Positions 23,791-35,449 of a stretch of DNA of 55,315 nucleotides are shown here, one piece after another; position 1 is the stretch's first letter; each line of letters begins with the position of its first letter. The notes below the pieces were generated by a model, which saw only the letters and a list, made by a program, of their open reading frames with translations, was not told where the DNA came from and did no database searches. The translations under genes and the position numbers were made by a program. This DNA comes from Octopus bimaculoides (Eukaryota). The stretch is from contig NC_068982.1 in the NCBI RefSeq assembly GCF_001194135.2, positions 6,675,888 to 6,731,202 of the forward strand. Reading direction: 5' to 3'.

Positions 23791-24603
23791 GTATATATGA
23801 ATTTACTGATGGATCTTAGTTGTAGACACTATCTTTCATTTGTAATCAGAGCAGATAGTGTTATGTGAACTGAGAAATGTATGTAAGTGAGTGAAAGAGT
23901 TTGTGCATCTGCTATAATTCTACTGTTATTCTGAAATTGATTTGGCACAATCATAATGCACACGAATTGATATACTAAATTCAATGCTAACAGTTGAGTT
24001 CATATTCTCCCCAGATTATATTAGCTGTTGATTCCACCAATTACAATGATTATCTGATATATCTAAATATTCCAGGTCCATTCATTTGTTTTAGTTGCCA
24101 TTATTTTTCATTTCCAAATCTGGGATGTGGCCTGGTTGATACTACACCTAATTCAACCAATTTCATAAAGCTGAATACTTCACTGTGTACCTATTCGATT
24201 GCCAGAGTCAATATTGAAAATGTTTCTTGGAGAAGATAAACACCATAACAAGATTTTATTGCTTTATCCATGGAAATATTTGTCTATTTTTAAGATGTTA
24301 GTTCTAATGTAGTTCTACAACAAGAAAGAATCGTTAGGTTAAAATACTGAACTACTGGCTACTATTGGTCAACTGTTCTTTTCCGTTATGTAACAGGGCA
24401 AGACACATTCTTCTACCTGCTCTATGTTACTTGACTGATAAGAGACAACACTTCTTCTACTGTAGAGGCTTTCAGTTGTAAAATCAAACAAACTGTTACA
24501 TCAATTATTTACATTATTTACATTGGAGAGTATTGTAGTTCGCTTGAAGCATTGTGCATTGTTTGTAAAGAATAAAAAGTGTTGAATGGTACATCAATGC
24601 GCT

Positions 24604-24719
24604 ATAATACAAAAAATGGACTAATATACCTGTTGTAATTTAGTCATCTATAGTCCGATGATAACTAAATTATAGATAACTAAATTACAACAGGTATATT
24701 AGTCCATTTTTTGTATTAT
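24604..24719. repeat. 49-bp inverted repeat hairpin at the 3' end of an inverted SINE-C tail
   Basis: Arms 24604-24652 and 24671-24719 with one mismatch; 18-nt spacer. Confidence 0.9.
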
Positions 24720-25142
24720 TTACATTATTTACATTTGACGAATATTTGTCCTCATTTTGTTTGTGGTTAACACAACATTTCAGCTGATGACCACACCCTC
24801 CAGCCTTCATCAGGTGTCTTGGGGGAATTTCAAACCTGGGTTCTCATTCCTAATGTATTTTTAGATATTATTATTATTATTATTATGTCACGGGCATATG
24901 GCGTAGTGTTTTAGGGCACAGGCAGTGGCCTGAATAATAATAATAATAATAATGATATTAATAATAATATTGAAAAATACCTTTGGAATGAGAACCCAGG
25001 TATGAAATTTCCCCAAGACACCTGATGAAGGCTGGAGGGTCTATCAGCCGAAACGTTGTGTTAATAACAAACAAGATGAGGACAAATATCTGTCAAATAT
25101 AAATAATGTACATAATTCCTCATCACTTAAATATAGAACTGT
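24715..25142. mobile_element. Inverted SINE-C tail plus forward SINE-C (head internally deleted)
   Basis: HHR motifs at 24769-24818 (-) and 25017-25062 (+). Confidence 0.85.
25017..25062 (+). ncRNA. Minimal type I hammerhead ribozyme, intact (SINE-C)
   Basis: GACAC-CUGAUGA-A-GGCUG-GAGGGUCUAU-CAGCC-GAAAC-GUU-GUGUU. Confidence 0.85.
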
Positions 25143-25319
25143 TGTTATATCAATGCCTAAAAATAAAAGCTGAATGTAAAAGAGACCATTGGTCGCTTTT
25201 ACATTCAGTAGCAGCCAATCTACCTCAAAACATGCATCCTACAATTTGAAAATGGAAATTGAGATGGCACAGTGGATGACAAAATCTTACATACACTGAT
25301 TGAAGTGTACTTATCAACA

Positions 25320-25925
25320 TCCTCATCATTTAACGTCTATTTTCCATGCTAGCATGGGTCAGATGGTTTGACAGAAGCTGGAAAGGCCAGGAACTGCACC
25401 AGGTTCCATTGTCTGTTTTGGCAAGGTTTCTACAGCTGGATGCTCTTCCTAATGCCAACCACTTTTCAGAGTGTAGTGGGTTCGTTTGACATGCCACCAT
25501 CACCATTGCCTTTCACATGGCACCATTACCAATGCTATTTTACATGGTTATGGTTGGAACATTTGGAGTCCAGATCTGCTTAATGATAGCAGACCTGTCT
25601 TACTGGTTAGGGCTGACCCTGAAAGCACTAACAACAATTGAATATAAAACAACATAAAAAGCCAGTCTCCCATGCCGGTGGCACATAAAATGCACCATTC
25701 AAGTGTGGTCATTGCCAGTGGTGCCTGACTGGCCCTCATGCTGGTGGCACGTAAAAAGGACCCACTACACTCTCAGAGTAGTTGGCATTAGGATGGGCAT
25801 CCAGCTATAGAAACCTTGCCAGATCAGATTGGAGCCTGGTGCACCCTCCTGGCTTGCCAGCCCTCAGTTAAATCGTCCAACCCATGCCAGCATGGAAAGC
25901 AGATGTTAAACGATGGTGATGATGA
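25320..25925. mobile_element. Divergent pair of RTE-tail elements (minus ~25320-25570, plus ~25665-25925)
   Basis: tttaacgtc...ctggatgctcttcctaatgccaacc on one strand and ttggcattaggatgggcatccag...gttaaacgatgg on the other. Confidence 0.75.
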
Positions 25926-26298
25926 TTTTAATATTTTATCTTTTACTTGTTTCAGTCATCATGCAGGGGTTCCAGTTTCAGTACCAAAGGGCTTTGGAAT
26001 GTCTGCACTGGCTGAGTGTGGCAATACCTGTTAAGGGTCATAGTTATGGATCAAACAGCAGAAGATGGTCCAGTAGCAGGGAAGCGCTAGTCTAAAGACA
26101 TGTCTCACAGAGGCCTACAGTATGTGTGCACATACCCTCACGTCATGTAAATCAGTCAATTTATCTGCAAGGAAAGAAATACTGTGGCTCAAAAAATCAG
26201 ATTCAGACCTACTGAGTAGCATTTTGGGCAAGTGTTCTCTACAACCTTGGGCTGACCAAAGCCTGGGGAGTGGATTTGGTAGACAGAATGTGAAATAA

Positions 26299-26534
26299 GG
26301 CGGCGAGCTGGCAGAACCGTTAGCACACTGAGCGAAATGCTTAGTGGTATTTCATCTGCCGTTACATTCTGAGTTCAAATTCTGCCGGGGTCGACTTTGC
26401 TTTTCATCCCTTTCGGGGTTCATATATTAAGTACCAGTTACGCACTGGGGTCGATGTAATCGACTTCTTAATCCGTTTGTCCATCCTTGTTTGTCCCCTC
26501 TTTATTTAGCCCTTTGTGGGCAATAAAGAAATAA
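26299..26534 (+). mobile_element. Full SINE-D nested in a SINE-A (~26225-26730)
   Basis: Head ggcggcgagctggcagaa, B box gagttcaaattc, core tttcatccctttcggggt; gaaataa on both sides. Confidence 0.85.
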
Positions 26535-27409
26535 TAAAATTGAGTGTGTTTGTGCTTGTATTTGTCCTCCACCACTGCAGGACAACCAGTGTTTGTTTAT
26601 TTACATGCCTGTAACTTAGTAGTTCAGCAAAAGATACCTATAAAACGAGCTCAAAAACGGTTTGTTTGACTAAAAATTCTTCAAGGCTCCAGCACAGCCA
26701 CAGTCCAATGATTGAAACAAGTAAATGACAGACGAATTTTCAAACTTTTGTATTTAGATCCATGATTGCTGATACCTGCAGACTCAGCATTTGAAGAGAG
26801 GGTAACGATATTGTTGACTAATTTTGTAACCCTATATTGATTCTGTTATAAAACCAATACTTGATGTAAGTTTGGAAATTCATCAGAATCATAGCTCACC
26901 ATTTCAGATTCCGTGTCTTTGAAGGAAAAAAAAAAATGAAATACATGAGCTAAAATTATTAGAAATGGTGTTTCATTTTTGTATAGGATTTTCAAGATTC
27001 TTGATGTGAGTTCATGTATTGTAATAAATGTTGTTACCCTTTTGAGAGGCTTATTTTACCAATAAAACTCCATGCAGTGCTTTATATTTCACTTTTACTG
27101 CTATTTGTCAACTATCTAATTAATTAACCAATTAGGTAATTGATTGCGTGACAAATTATCTGACATCCACTAAAGCTGGATATGATTGTTATTATTCATT
27201 TTCTCCTGGTCAACACTAATTGAAATGACCTATACGCAAAGTGTGGCAACAATCACTGTCATCTTATCTTCAGACATGCTGCACCTAAAAATGCATTACT
27301 GAATCTGGCATTCCTTTATTAAGGTGTGATTTAAAGGGAATTTCTTTATTATTTCTGGGAGCTTTTTGAAGATTTAGATCAGTGGTTCTCAACCAGGGTT
27401 CATATAAGA

Positions 27410-27895
27410 CATCATCATCACCATTGTCGTCATTGTTTAACATCCACTTTCCATGTTGGCATGGGTTGGACGGTTTGACTGAGGACAGGTGAGCCAGAAG
27501 GCTGCACCAAGCTCAATCTGATCTGGCAGAGTTTCTACAGCTGGATGCTCTTCCTAATGCCAACCACTTTAAGAGTGTAGTCGGTGCTTTTACATGCCAC
27601 TGGCACAAGGGCCAGTGAGACGGTTCTGGCAATGGCTATGCTCAAAAGGTGTTTTTTTACATGCTACCTGCATGGGAACCAGTCCGGTGAAACTGGCAAT
27701 GAACTCGCTCAAAAGGTGTTTTTCACGTGCCACCGGCACATGTACCACTAAAGCAATGCTGGCAACGATCACACTCGAATGGTGCTTTTTACATGCCACC
27801 AGTGCGGGAGCCAGTCTTGGGGTCGATTTGTTTGACTAAATGCGGTGCTCCAGCATGGCTGCAGTCAAATGACTGAAACAAGTAAAAGTGTAAAA
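27410..27895. mobile_element. RTE-tail element (-) fused to a SINE-A tail (+)
   Basis: Tail and unit array in reverse, then ggggtcgatttgtttgactaaatgcggtgctccagcatgg. Confidence 0.7.
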
Positions 27896-28180
27896 GAGAA
27901 CATTTAACAATAAAAATATGATGGGGTTTTTTTGAAACATCAATGACTGTCTTCTGGGGTCAAAGAAAAAGTCAAGGAGCTCATAGGTAAAAAAAAAATT
28001 TTTGACAACCATTGATTAAGAAGAATGCTTATTTCTCAGAATCAGTTAAATTGCTTACCAGATTTTTATGATTTTTAAGGCAAAAATATCTCTTTCACTT
28101 TTAATGATATCAAGCAACAATGATATCCCCGCAAAATTGTAATGAAAATCAATTACTTGACAATATGACAAGGAAAATAG

Positions 28181-28606
28181 NNNNNNNNNNNNNNNNNNNN
28201 NNNNNNNNNNNNNNNNNNNNNNNNNNNNNNNNNNNNNNNNNNNNNNNNNNNNNNNNNNNNNNNNNNNNNNNNNNNNNNNNNNNNNNNNNNNNNNNNNNNN
28301 NNNNNNNNNNNNNNNNNNNNNNNNNNNNNNNNNNNNNNNNNNNNNNNNNNNNNNNNNNNNNNNNNNNNNNNNNNNNNNNNNNNNNNNNNNNNNNNNNNNN
28401 NNNNNNNNNNNNNNNNNNNNNNNNNNNNNNNNNNNNNNNNNNNNNNNNNNNNNNNNNNNNNNNNNNNNNNNNNNNNNNNNNNNNNNNNNNNNNNNNNNNN
28501 NNNNNNNNNNNNNNNNNNNNNNNNNNNNNNNNNNNNNNNNNNNNNNNNNNNNNNNNNNNNNNNNNNNNNNNNNNNNNNNNNNNNNNNNNNNNNNNNNNNN
28601 NNNNNN
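28181..28606. other. Assembly gap
   Basis: N run. Confidence 1.
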
Positions 28607-28641
<35 letters not shown>

Positions 28642-28659
28642 TATATGTATATAGATATA

Positions 28660-28990
28660 TCGTCATCATCGTTTAACGTCCGTTTTCCATGCTGGCATGT
28701 GTTGGGCGTTTTGACTGGGGTCTGGAGAGCCAGTGGCTACACCAGGCTCCAATCTGATCTGGCAATGTTTCTACAGCTGGATGCCCTTCCCAATGCCAAC
28801 CATTCTGAGAGTGTAGTGGGTGCTTTTTACCTGCCACTGGCACAGGAGCCAGTCAGGTGGGCCTGGCATCGATCACATTCAGATAGTGCTTTTTACATAC
28901 CACAGGCATGTAGGCCAGTCAGGTGGCACTGGCCACAGCTACAATATTGGTTTTACTTGACTTAACAGGTCTTCTGAAGCATATCATATC
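28660..28990 (-). mobile_element. RTE-tail element
   Basis: catcatcgtttaacgtccgttttccatgc...ggatgcccttcccaatgccaacc plus units. Confidence 0.8.
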
Positions 28991-29289
28991 GCCCAACGCA
29001 TTAGGTGTACACTTAATTTGGCCAGATATGTGTGGCTGTGAACCCTTTCGAACAAGCAACACTGATTTCGCAACTCCATACTTTGAAATGACTAAATATG
29101 AACAGCTATTTGTACTTACAAACCATGTACAGGAGACTTCTTGACCACTTCTACACACCATTCTCCTCGAATAATGGAACTGCAACTACAATATCTTCAT
29201 ATATCTTATTTCTACTTTTATTCTCTTATTTCCCTCTATATTCCCTATCTTTTCCACAATAATTCAAACTCAAATATTTTCTCACACCA

Positions 29290-29335
29290 TCTCTGATAAA
29301 GGGATATCCGTAATATCCCAGAAACAGCTGTAAGA
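29290..29335 (+). ncRNA. Degenerate minimal hammerhead of a second PLE-like family (G8-to-A change)
   Basis: UCU-CUGAUAA-A-GGGAUAU-CCGUA-AUAUCCC-A-GAAAC-AGCU-GUA-AGA, with a palindromic AGCU loop III. It sits in a pyrimidine-rich, pLTR-like segment (~29190-29400). Confidence 0.65.
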
Positions 29336-29947
29336 CTATTTCATTATAAATGATCTGAAAACTCCTCACAGCCTTGGCTTTGTTATCTCATTCCGTCTAA
29401 CACACACACACACACATATATGTACATATATTTGGGTAACTTAGTACAATGGATAGAAGAAATCCACTGCTATGCCTTGTTGCTGTCTTAAGACAAATAC
29501 TGCTGTTGTACTTCTTTCTACAGTATATCCACATTAAGTAGGATATACATTATGCTATTTTGTCTTAATACACCTTTTGTTGCAAATGACAAACACACAC
29601 ATACACACACTCTTATTTCTTTGTCACCATTTGCTTTTCCTTTAAATTTTAGGTTAAAAGGGTCAATCAAACGTCATAATGTTCTGCGACATGAAATGAA
29701 AATTCCCTCATCTAAAATAGTACCATGATACAGATGGTATTATTTTTGTTGCATCATTACCAAAACAGTGAGTGATTCATCAGTGACAGGCAGGTGGTTT
29801 GGATCTCGTTAATGAAGAGGTTTTCCATTTCATATTATTACAGGTAACATCCAGAATCTGCGAACAGTGTCTGTTCGATGAATATATTCATTACATTTCT
29901 CTCATTTGTTGTAAACATCTATTTATGTGTGAGTGTGTGCAAATACA

Positions 29948-30010
<63 letters not shown>

Positions 30011-31329
30011 ATGTGTTGAGATGGTTTCAAGTTTTGCTCCTGGAGTGTGATATTTATGTATGGAAAACTGATAAAAGATATGAAGGTTTGAACAGACTAA
30101 CTAATGTGGAATGTCTTCAATAATTTTGGTCTTCTCTCTGGTTTTGGAGGTAAATTAAGTTTTGTCTTTTAGAGTTTAAAATGCCTTAAAATAGATGTAG
30201 CAATAGTAATTCATTTATAATTGATTTACTTGAAGTAAACTAGAGTTATGTAAGAACTTGGGTATACAACATCTGTTTATTTTTGTAACTTAAAGGTCAT
30301 CTGAAGTTGAAAGCTATTGTCTGTAAAATTTGAAAGTCTAAAGTGGATATGTATGTTGAGAGCAGTGTATGAAGGCATGGGTATATGTTCTTATGCACGT
30401 TAATTAGTAAGTATATGTGTGTGTATATGGGTAGGAAGAGTTCTATAGAATTCTTAGCATGTTGATTCGACAGAATTACAGATATTTATACTATAATTAC
30501 AAGGAATGCATGAATTAAACAAAACATGATTGATATTTTTGTAAAATCTGGTATGATAAAATATTTACGAAGTAGATAAACACGTTGCTGATTTATATCA
30601 AATTCCGTCTCAAATATATATTAGACAATCTACACTACTACATTAGATGAAAGGAATGCATCATCATCATCGTTTAACGTCTGCCTTTCCTGCTGGCATG
30701 GGTAGGACGGATGGTTTGACAGGAGCCAACCAGGCAGAAGCCTGTGCCAGACTTCTGTAACTGTTTTGGCAGGATTTTTTATAACTGGATTCTCTTCCTA
30801 TCACCAACTACTTAGTAGTCCTCTGGAAAGAAACAAAAAAAAATCATCGCTGTGTTTCTCAATATTGCAAAACACCTGATATCTTAATATTCAGGAACGG
30901 TATAGAACTCTTAAAGACCACATCCATACTTTTTCACCACTGGCTTGCAAGAGCCATTAATCTTTCAAAAACAAACACTGGAATTTTTATCAAATCTTTA
31001 ACTGACACTTTTATATCAAAATTATATATCTGTCACCTCTACACCTATGAAACAATTCAATCTTTTTAACTGCTTTAATTCAATCCAAAATATAAATGTT
31101 ACTGTTATCCAGTTTGAAATATGCAATAATTACTCATCTATCAGCGAATATTTCTTTCATGATATAATTAATAGTGCAATAGCTGCCACACCATCAAATC
31201 ATCTGATATTGAGACAGAATTTAAGGCCAGAAAATCTAGTTTTTTTCCTTCAGCAACATTCTTTGAAGAATAAAGCAAAATACGAAACTGCTTGTCATGA
31301 GCATGGGAATAAAGGATATGACAGAAGTG

Positions 31330-31680
31330 AGTGATTGGATTGAAATATTCCTCTCAGCACATGGCTATGATGCTCCCCCACTACTTCTGCTCATGATCAG
31401 AGATGCACATATCGTCAGCCACCAAGGGGCATACTCAACTGGTTAAGGTCAAACAAGTGACAGGCAAATCTGTGGTATCGAGCAGAATATTTGCTGCAGC
31501 CCATCTTTTTATACCAAGACAAAACAATGTACATGATAACACTTCCATTCAATTAAGTTCAGAAGTCATGAGAGCCACTCCCTGGTACTGCATCCCGGCA
31601 ATTATTATTATTATTATTATTACTATTATTATTATTATTATTATTATTATTATCATTATTATTATTATTATTATTAAAGA
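31330..31680 (+). mobile_element. Probable short retroposon ending in (ATT)n
   Basis: GC-richer block ending tactgcatcccggca-(att)n; family not assigned. Confidence 0.45.
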
Positions 31681-32185
31681 CATCACACAATATCCGATAT
31701 TGTGATGTTGTTGATTGAACATTTTGTGTCTACCGGGAGGTTTGTACTGTCTGTCAAGTTACAACAAGGGCCCCTGTTATTATTATTATTATCATTATCA
31801 TTATTATTATTGTTGTTATTATTGCTGCTTTCATTTCACTGATTCATGTTCCACCTACCTGACATTATCATAGAATATATAAATGACATGTTTATGCATC
31901 TTCTCTAAGAAGATGACATCTGCTACACCTGGTCAAAGCTTTTAGATGCTATATACAAACACCATTATGTTACAGCAATCTCAGGTTAAAGAATTTTCTG
32001 CTAACAGAAATTGTAAAGTACGGCCAATAATTTCAGAATACAATCTTCAAATTCACCATTTTAAAACTTGGATAAATTTTAACAATTTAAACCCTACACT
32101 TTGATCTTTTGCCTAAGATTGCTTTTTGATGTTTTAGCGAAGATCAAACTATAGGTAATAATTTGAAAAGCTAAAATCATAATAC

Positions 32186-32241
<56 letters not shown>

Positions 32242-32433
32242 GTGAGTGAGTGAGTATGTGTTTGTGCATGCGTCATTATAGAAACTTGCAGTATGTAAGA
32301 TAGATTTTTCACTGTGAATGTTTGTGTGTTTGTATACTTTCTTAAGTCACAATATGTATGTGTGTGTTTGTGTGCAGATATCTGTATCTGTCTATCTATA
32401 ATTCTATCTAACTCTATTCATCTTTCTTTCTTT

Positions 32434-32464
<31 letters not shown>

Positions 32465-32519
32465 CTTATCTATATGTATGAATGCATGTCATTAATCTCT
32501 ATGCCAATAGAGAAAGAGT

Positions 32520-32785
32520 CGGTTTCTAACTTAGATCCAAGGTTTCTTCATTGGAATTTCAACAGCAAAACCAAGGTATTTTGTATGTATGTATGTTATG
32601 TTATGTTATGTTATGTTATGTCATGTATGTATGTATGCATGTATGTATTAATGTTTATATGCAGATTTGTATGCTTTGCTTAATGTATGTTTTCTCATGC
32701 ATATAGTTGCATATCTAGACATGCTCATATATATTTAAATGCTAAACTTCTGAAAAATTTTACAGACTTTTACAGTTCCATATGT
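32520..32785 (-). mobile_element. 3' end of the R4-like family seen at 51285-51850
   Basis: ttctcatgcatatagttgcatatctagacatg...tttacagttcca is the reverse complement of 51751-51840. Confidence 0.75.
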
Positions 32786-32829
32786 AAGTATGCATGTATG
32801 TATGTATGTATGTATGTATGCACTCTGTT

Positions 32830-33175
32830 ATGAAACCAGATATGCAGGGAATGGCATTGAACATTTTGGGGATCTTTTGTTTATGCTTGAGATCTTGGCC
32901 CTCCCACATCCCTGAGCCTGTGACTTATATTGGCACCAGACATCTTGCCTTAGCTTGTCTCTGGATAATGTCAAATAGAATGGAGTGGGTCTATGGGTTG
33001 TTGTGCACTGGACCTAAAATTTTGCATAGTCACTGCTGACTTTTCCTTTACATGTGCACTGCTTGAATATTTCATGTTGGAATGCGCACACTCTGTTGCG
33101 TAACAAGAGTGATTGTAGGCCTGAAAGAGCAGAGCTTGTTAGTCACCAACAGAGCTGCAAATATAATGTATAAGG
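32830..33175 (+). mobile_element. RTE/BovB-like LINE 5' fragment (start of AP endonuclease)
   Basis: 33063-33173 translates LNISCWNAHTLLRNKSDCRPERAELVS...KYNV (cf. the WNVRTL..RPERRTALV..YNI pattern). Confidence 0.55.
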
Positions 33176-33382
33176 TAGTCTTGAGCACACAATGTTCCTA
33201 AAGACCAGAAATGGTTTTCTTCAGTCATGAGTGGATGGTCATCATCATGTATGTATGTTTTACGTATCCACCTCACCAATGCAGTCACCTCAGAAAAAAA
33301 AGACCATCACCGCAAACAACCCAGCTTCTCCCAACAGGTACACAGACACATCTAAGCAACATAACTCTCTGGTCGAGCATAG

Positions 33383-33645
33383 AAACAAGGCAATTTCGAT
33401 GCTCTATTCAAAGAGCTCGGCCATTGGGAAGAAGTTAAAAAAATAAAATCAGCAATAGAAGTGAATATGCCACGAACAGATTTCCCAGAAGGCATGAGAT
33501 GTCTTGTTATTGACTTGGAAAACTACAAACAATTACAAGAAAAATTCTGGAAAAACATAGACCCATTACGGCAGGCAGTGAGATATGACACTCTATCTTT
33601 GATAATAGAATATGAGGACTTAAAACCATATGTAATATGGCATAA
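33383..33645 (+). CDS. Candidate coding exon or decayed ORF, product unknown
   Basis: AG at 33381-2, 87 open codons (KQGNFDALFKELGHWEEVKKIKSAIEVNMPRTDFPEGMRCLVIDLENYKQLQEKFWKNIDPLRQAVRYDTLSLIIEYEDLKPYVIWH), then a GTAAGT donor at 33646. The acceptor pyrimidine tract is weak. Confidence 0.35.
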
Positions 33646-34419
33646 GTAAGTATTCTTTGATACTAAAATTGATGAACAATGTATAAAAAAAAAAAAAACA
33701 GTCAAATGGTCTACTCCATTGTAGGGTACGAGTAACCATTTCATCCTTATCTAATTTATAATTTATTTCATTTATCCATTTATGTTTTTATGTCCCCACA
33801 TTGTGTTGTCTGTCCTTGTGCTGTCCCTTCTATGTTTTGGCCCTTGTAGCTAATAAAGAAATACATGTATGTATAAAGTAGAAAGGATCTCATGATCTAG
33901 GCAGCTGACTTGGTAGCACTTTATGTGAATATTTAACTAACAGAGTTCTCAAAAGAAATACCAGCAATAATTTTCTTGGATGTAATCTTGTGATGCCTAT
34001 GTACTTGTACATTTAAATGCTGATTGTTTTATTGCTGTTATCTCATCTACACTGAGGTCGTTGAAATGTCAAACAGGTTTGTTCACCTACTACATGATAG
34101 TTGTAAGAGAAATAACTCATTAAACACCATTTTAAATATTTCAGCCAGGAAGTTCACTGATTAGTTAAATATTAAATTAAACACCACCCTGCAAAAAGTA
34201 TGTTTGAAATGCTCTCTTTTCCACAAATATTTTCACTGATTGTCGAAATGCATTTTTCACAAGTTGTATTGTAAAGTGATAATTATTCAAACAATGCCTG
34301 ATGAAATGAATTGGTTATTTTATTATGTAAAATATTAGTAAATAAATATATATACCATTTTCATGGAAACGATCATTATGTACTTAAAAAGTCATCTTCA
34401 TTTTTATTCATATGTCTTT

Positions 34420-34790
34420 TATCTTTTACTTGTTTCAGTCATTAGGCTAAAGCCATGCTTGGGGCACCACCTTGAAGAATTTTAGTGGAATTAATTAACT
34501 CCAATACTTAGCTTTTTTAAGCCTGGTACTTATTCGCTTGGTTTCTTTTGACGAACTGCTAAGTTACAGAGACATAGACAAAGCAACACTGGCTGTCAAG
34601 TGGTAGTGGAGAACAATCAGACAAACACACACACACATACATACATGCACATGCATATTCACACATATATACATTGGCCTTTTTCAGTTTTCATCTACCA
34701 AATTCATTCACAAGACTTTGGTAGGCCTAAAGTGCCATGCAGTGGAATTGAACCCGGAACCATGTGACTAAGAAGCAAACTTCTTGCTAT
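34420..34790 (-). mobile_element. SINE-A
   Basis: Reverse tail ttacttgtttcagtcatt and reverse head ccggaaccatgtgactaagaagcaaac. Confidence 0.75.
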
Positions 34791-35449
34791 ATCAACCATC
34801 CCCACCCTACTAGCTACCATCAACACCAACACAGCCATTATTGGTATCAAAACCAACCAACCCCCAACCATTACCAACCTGAGAACTTCATAATGACCAA
34901 CAACATTAGCAATAATAGAATGAACATGATAAGCAACTCCATATAGAATAAAAGACACATTCTAAGATGATGCAGTACCCTGGTGTATTTTAAAAGTTGA
35001 ATGAAGCAACAACGATACATTTAAGAAGAACAATATGTCCTCTGCCACAGCCAACAATACACCACCACTATCATCATCTCCTATACCAACAACCACCCCA
35101 AACACAACAATAATAGTATCAGCATGGTGCACTATCTATAGCTCCAGAATTTATTGTCAAGGAGGGAATGTGTGTGTGTGTGTGGTGTATGGTTTAAGTC
35201 AGAGGTGCAAGGGGAAAGGGGTCGATGAATCTGGAATCCATTCAACTAACTGTAATCATAGTGTGTTTCTCACCTCACTCCATTCTGTCATCTTTCTATT
35301 TCCATTCTTTCATCTGTAGGAATAAAACAATATTTTGCTCTCATAAAATAGTTTTTTTCTTGGTGTTATTAATTCTTTTGGATAACAGTTTATTGTTGAT
35401 TGTTGCTGTTGTTGGATTTATTCACAATTCAAAATATCTAGAATCCATG

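Noticed and set aside
29653-29736. AG...GT-bounded candidate exon
   Set aside because: Stops occur in all three frames.
30845-31310. IIAVFLNIAK resembles a LINE RT motif
   Set aside because: It is an isolated 10-residue match with no downstream RT motifs.
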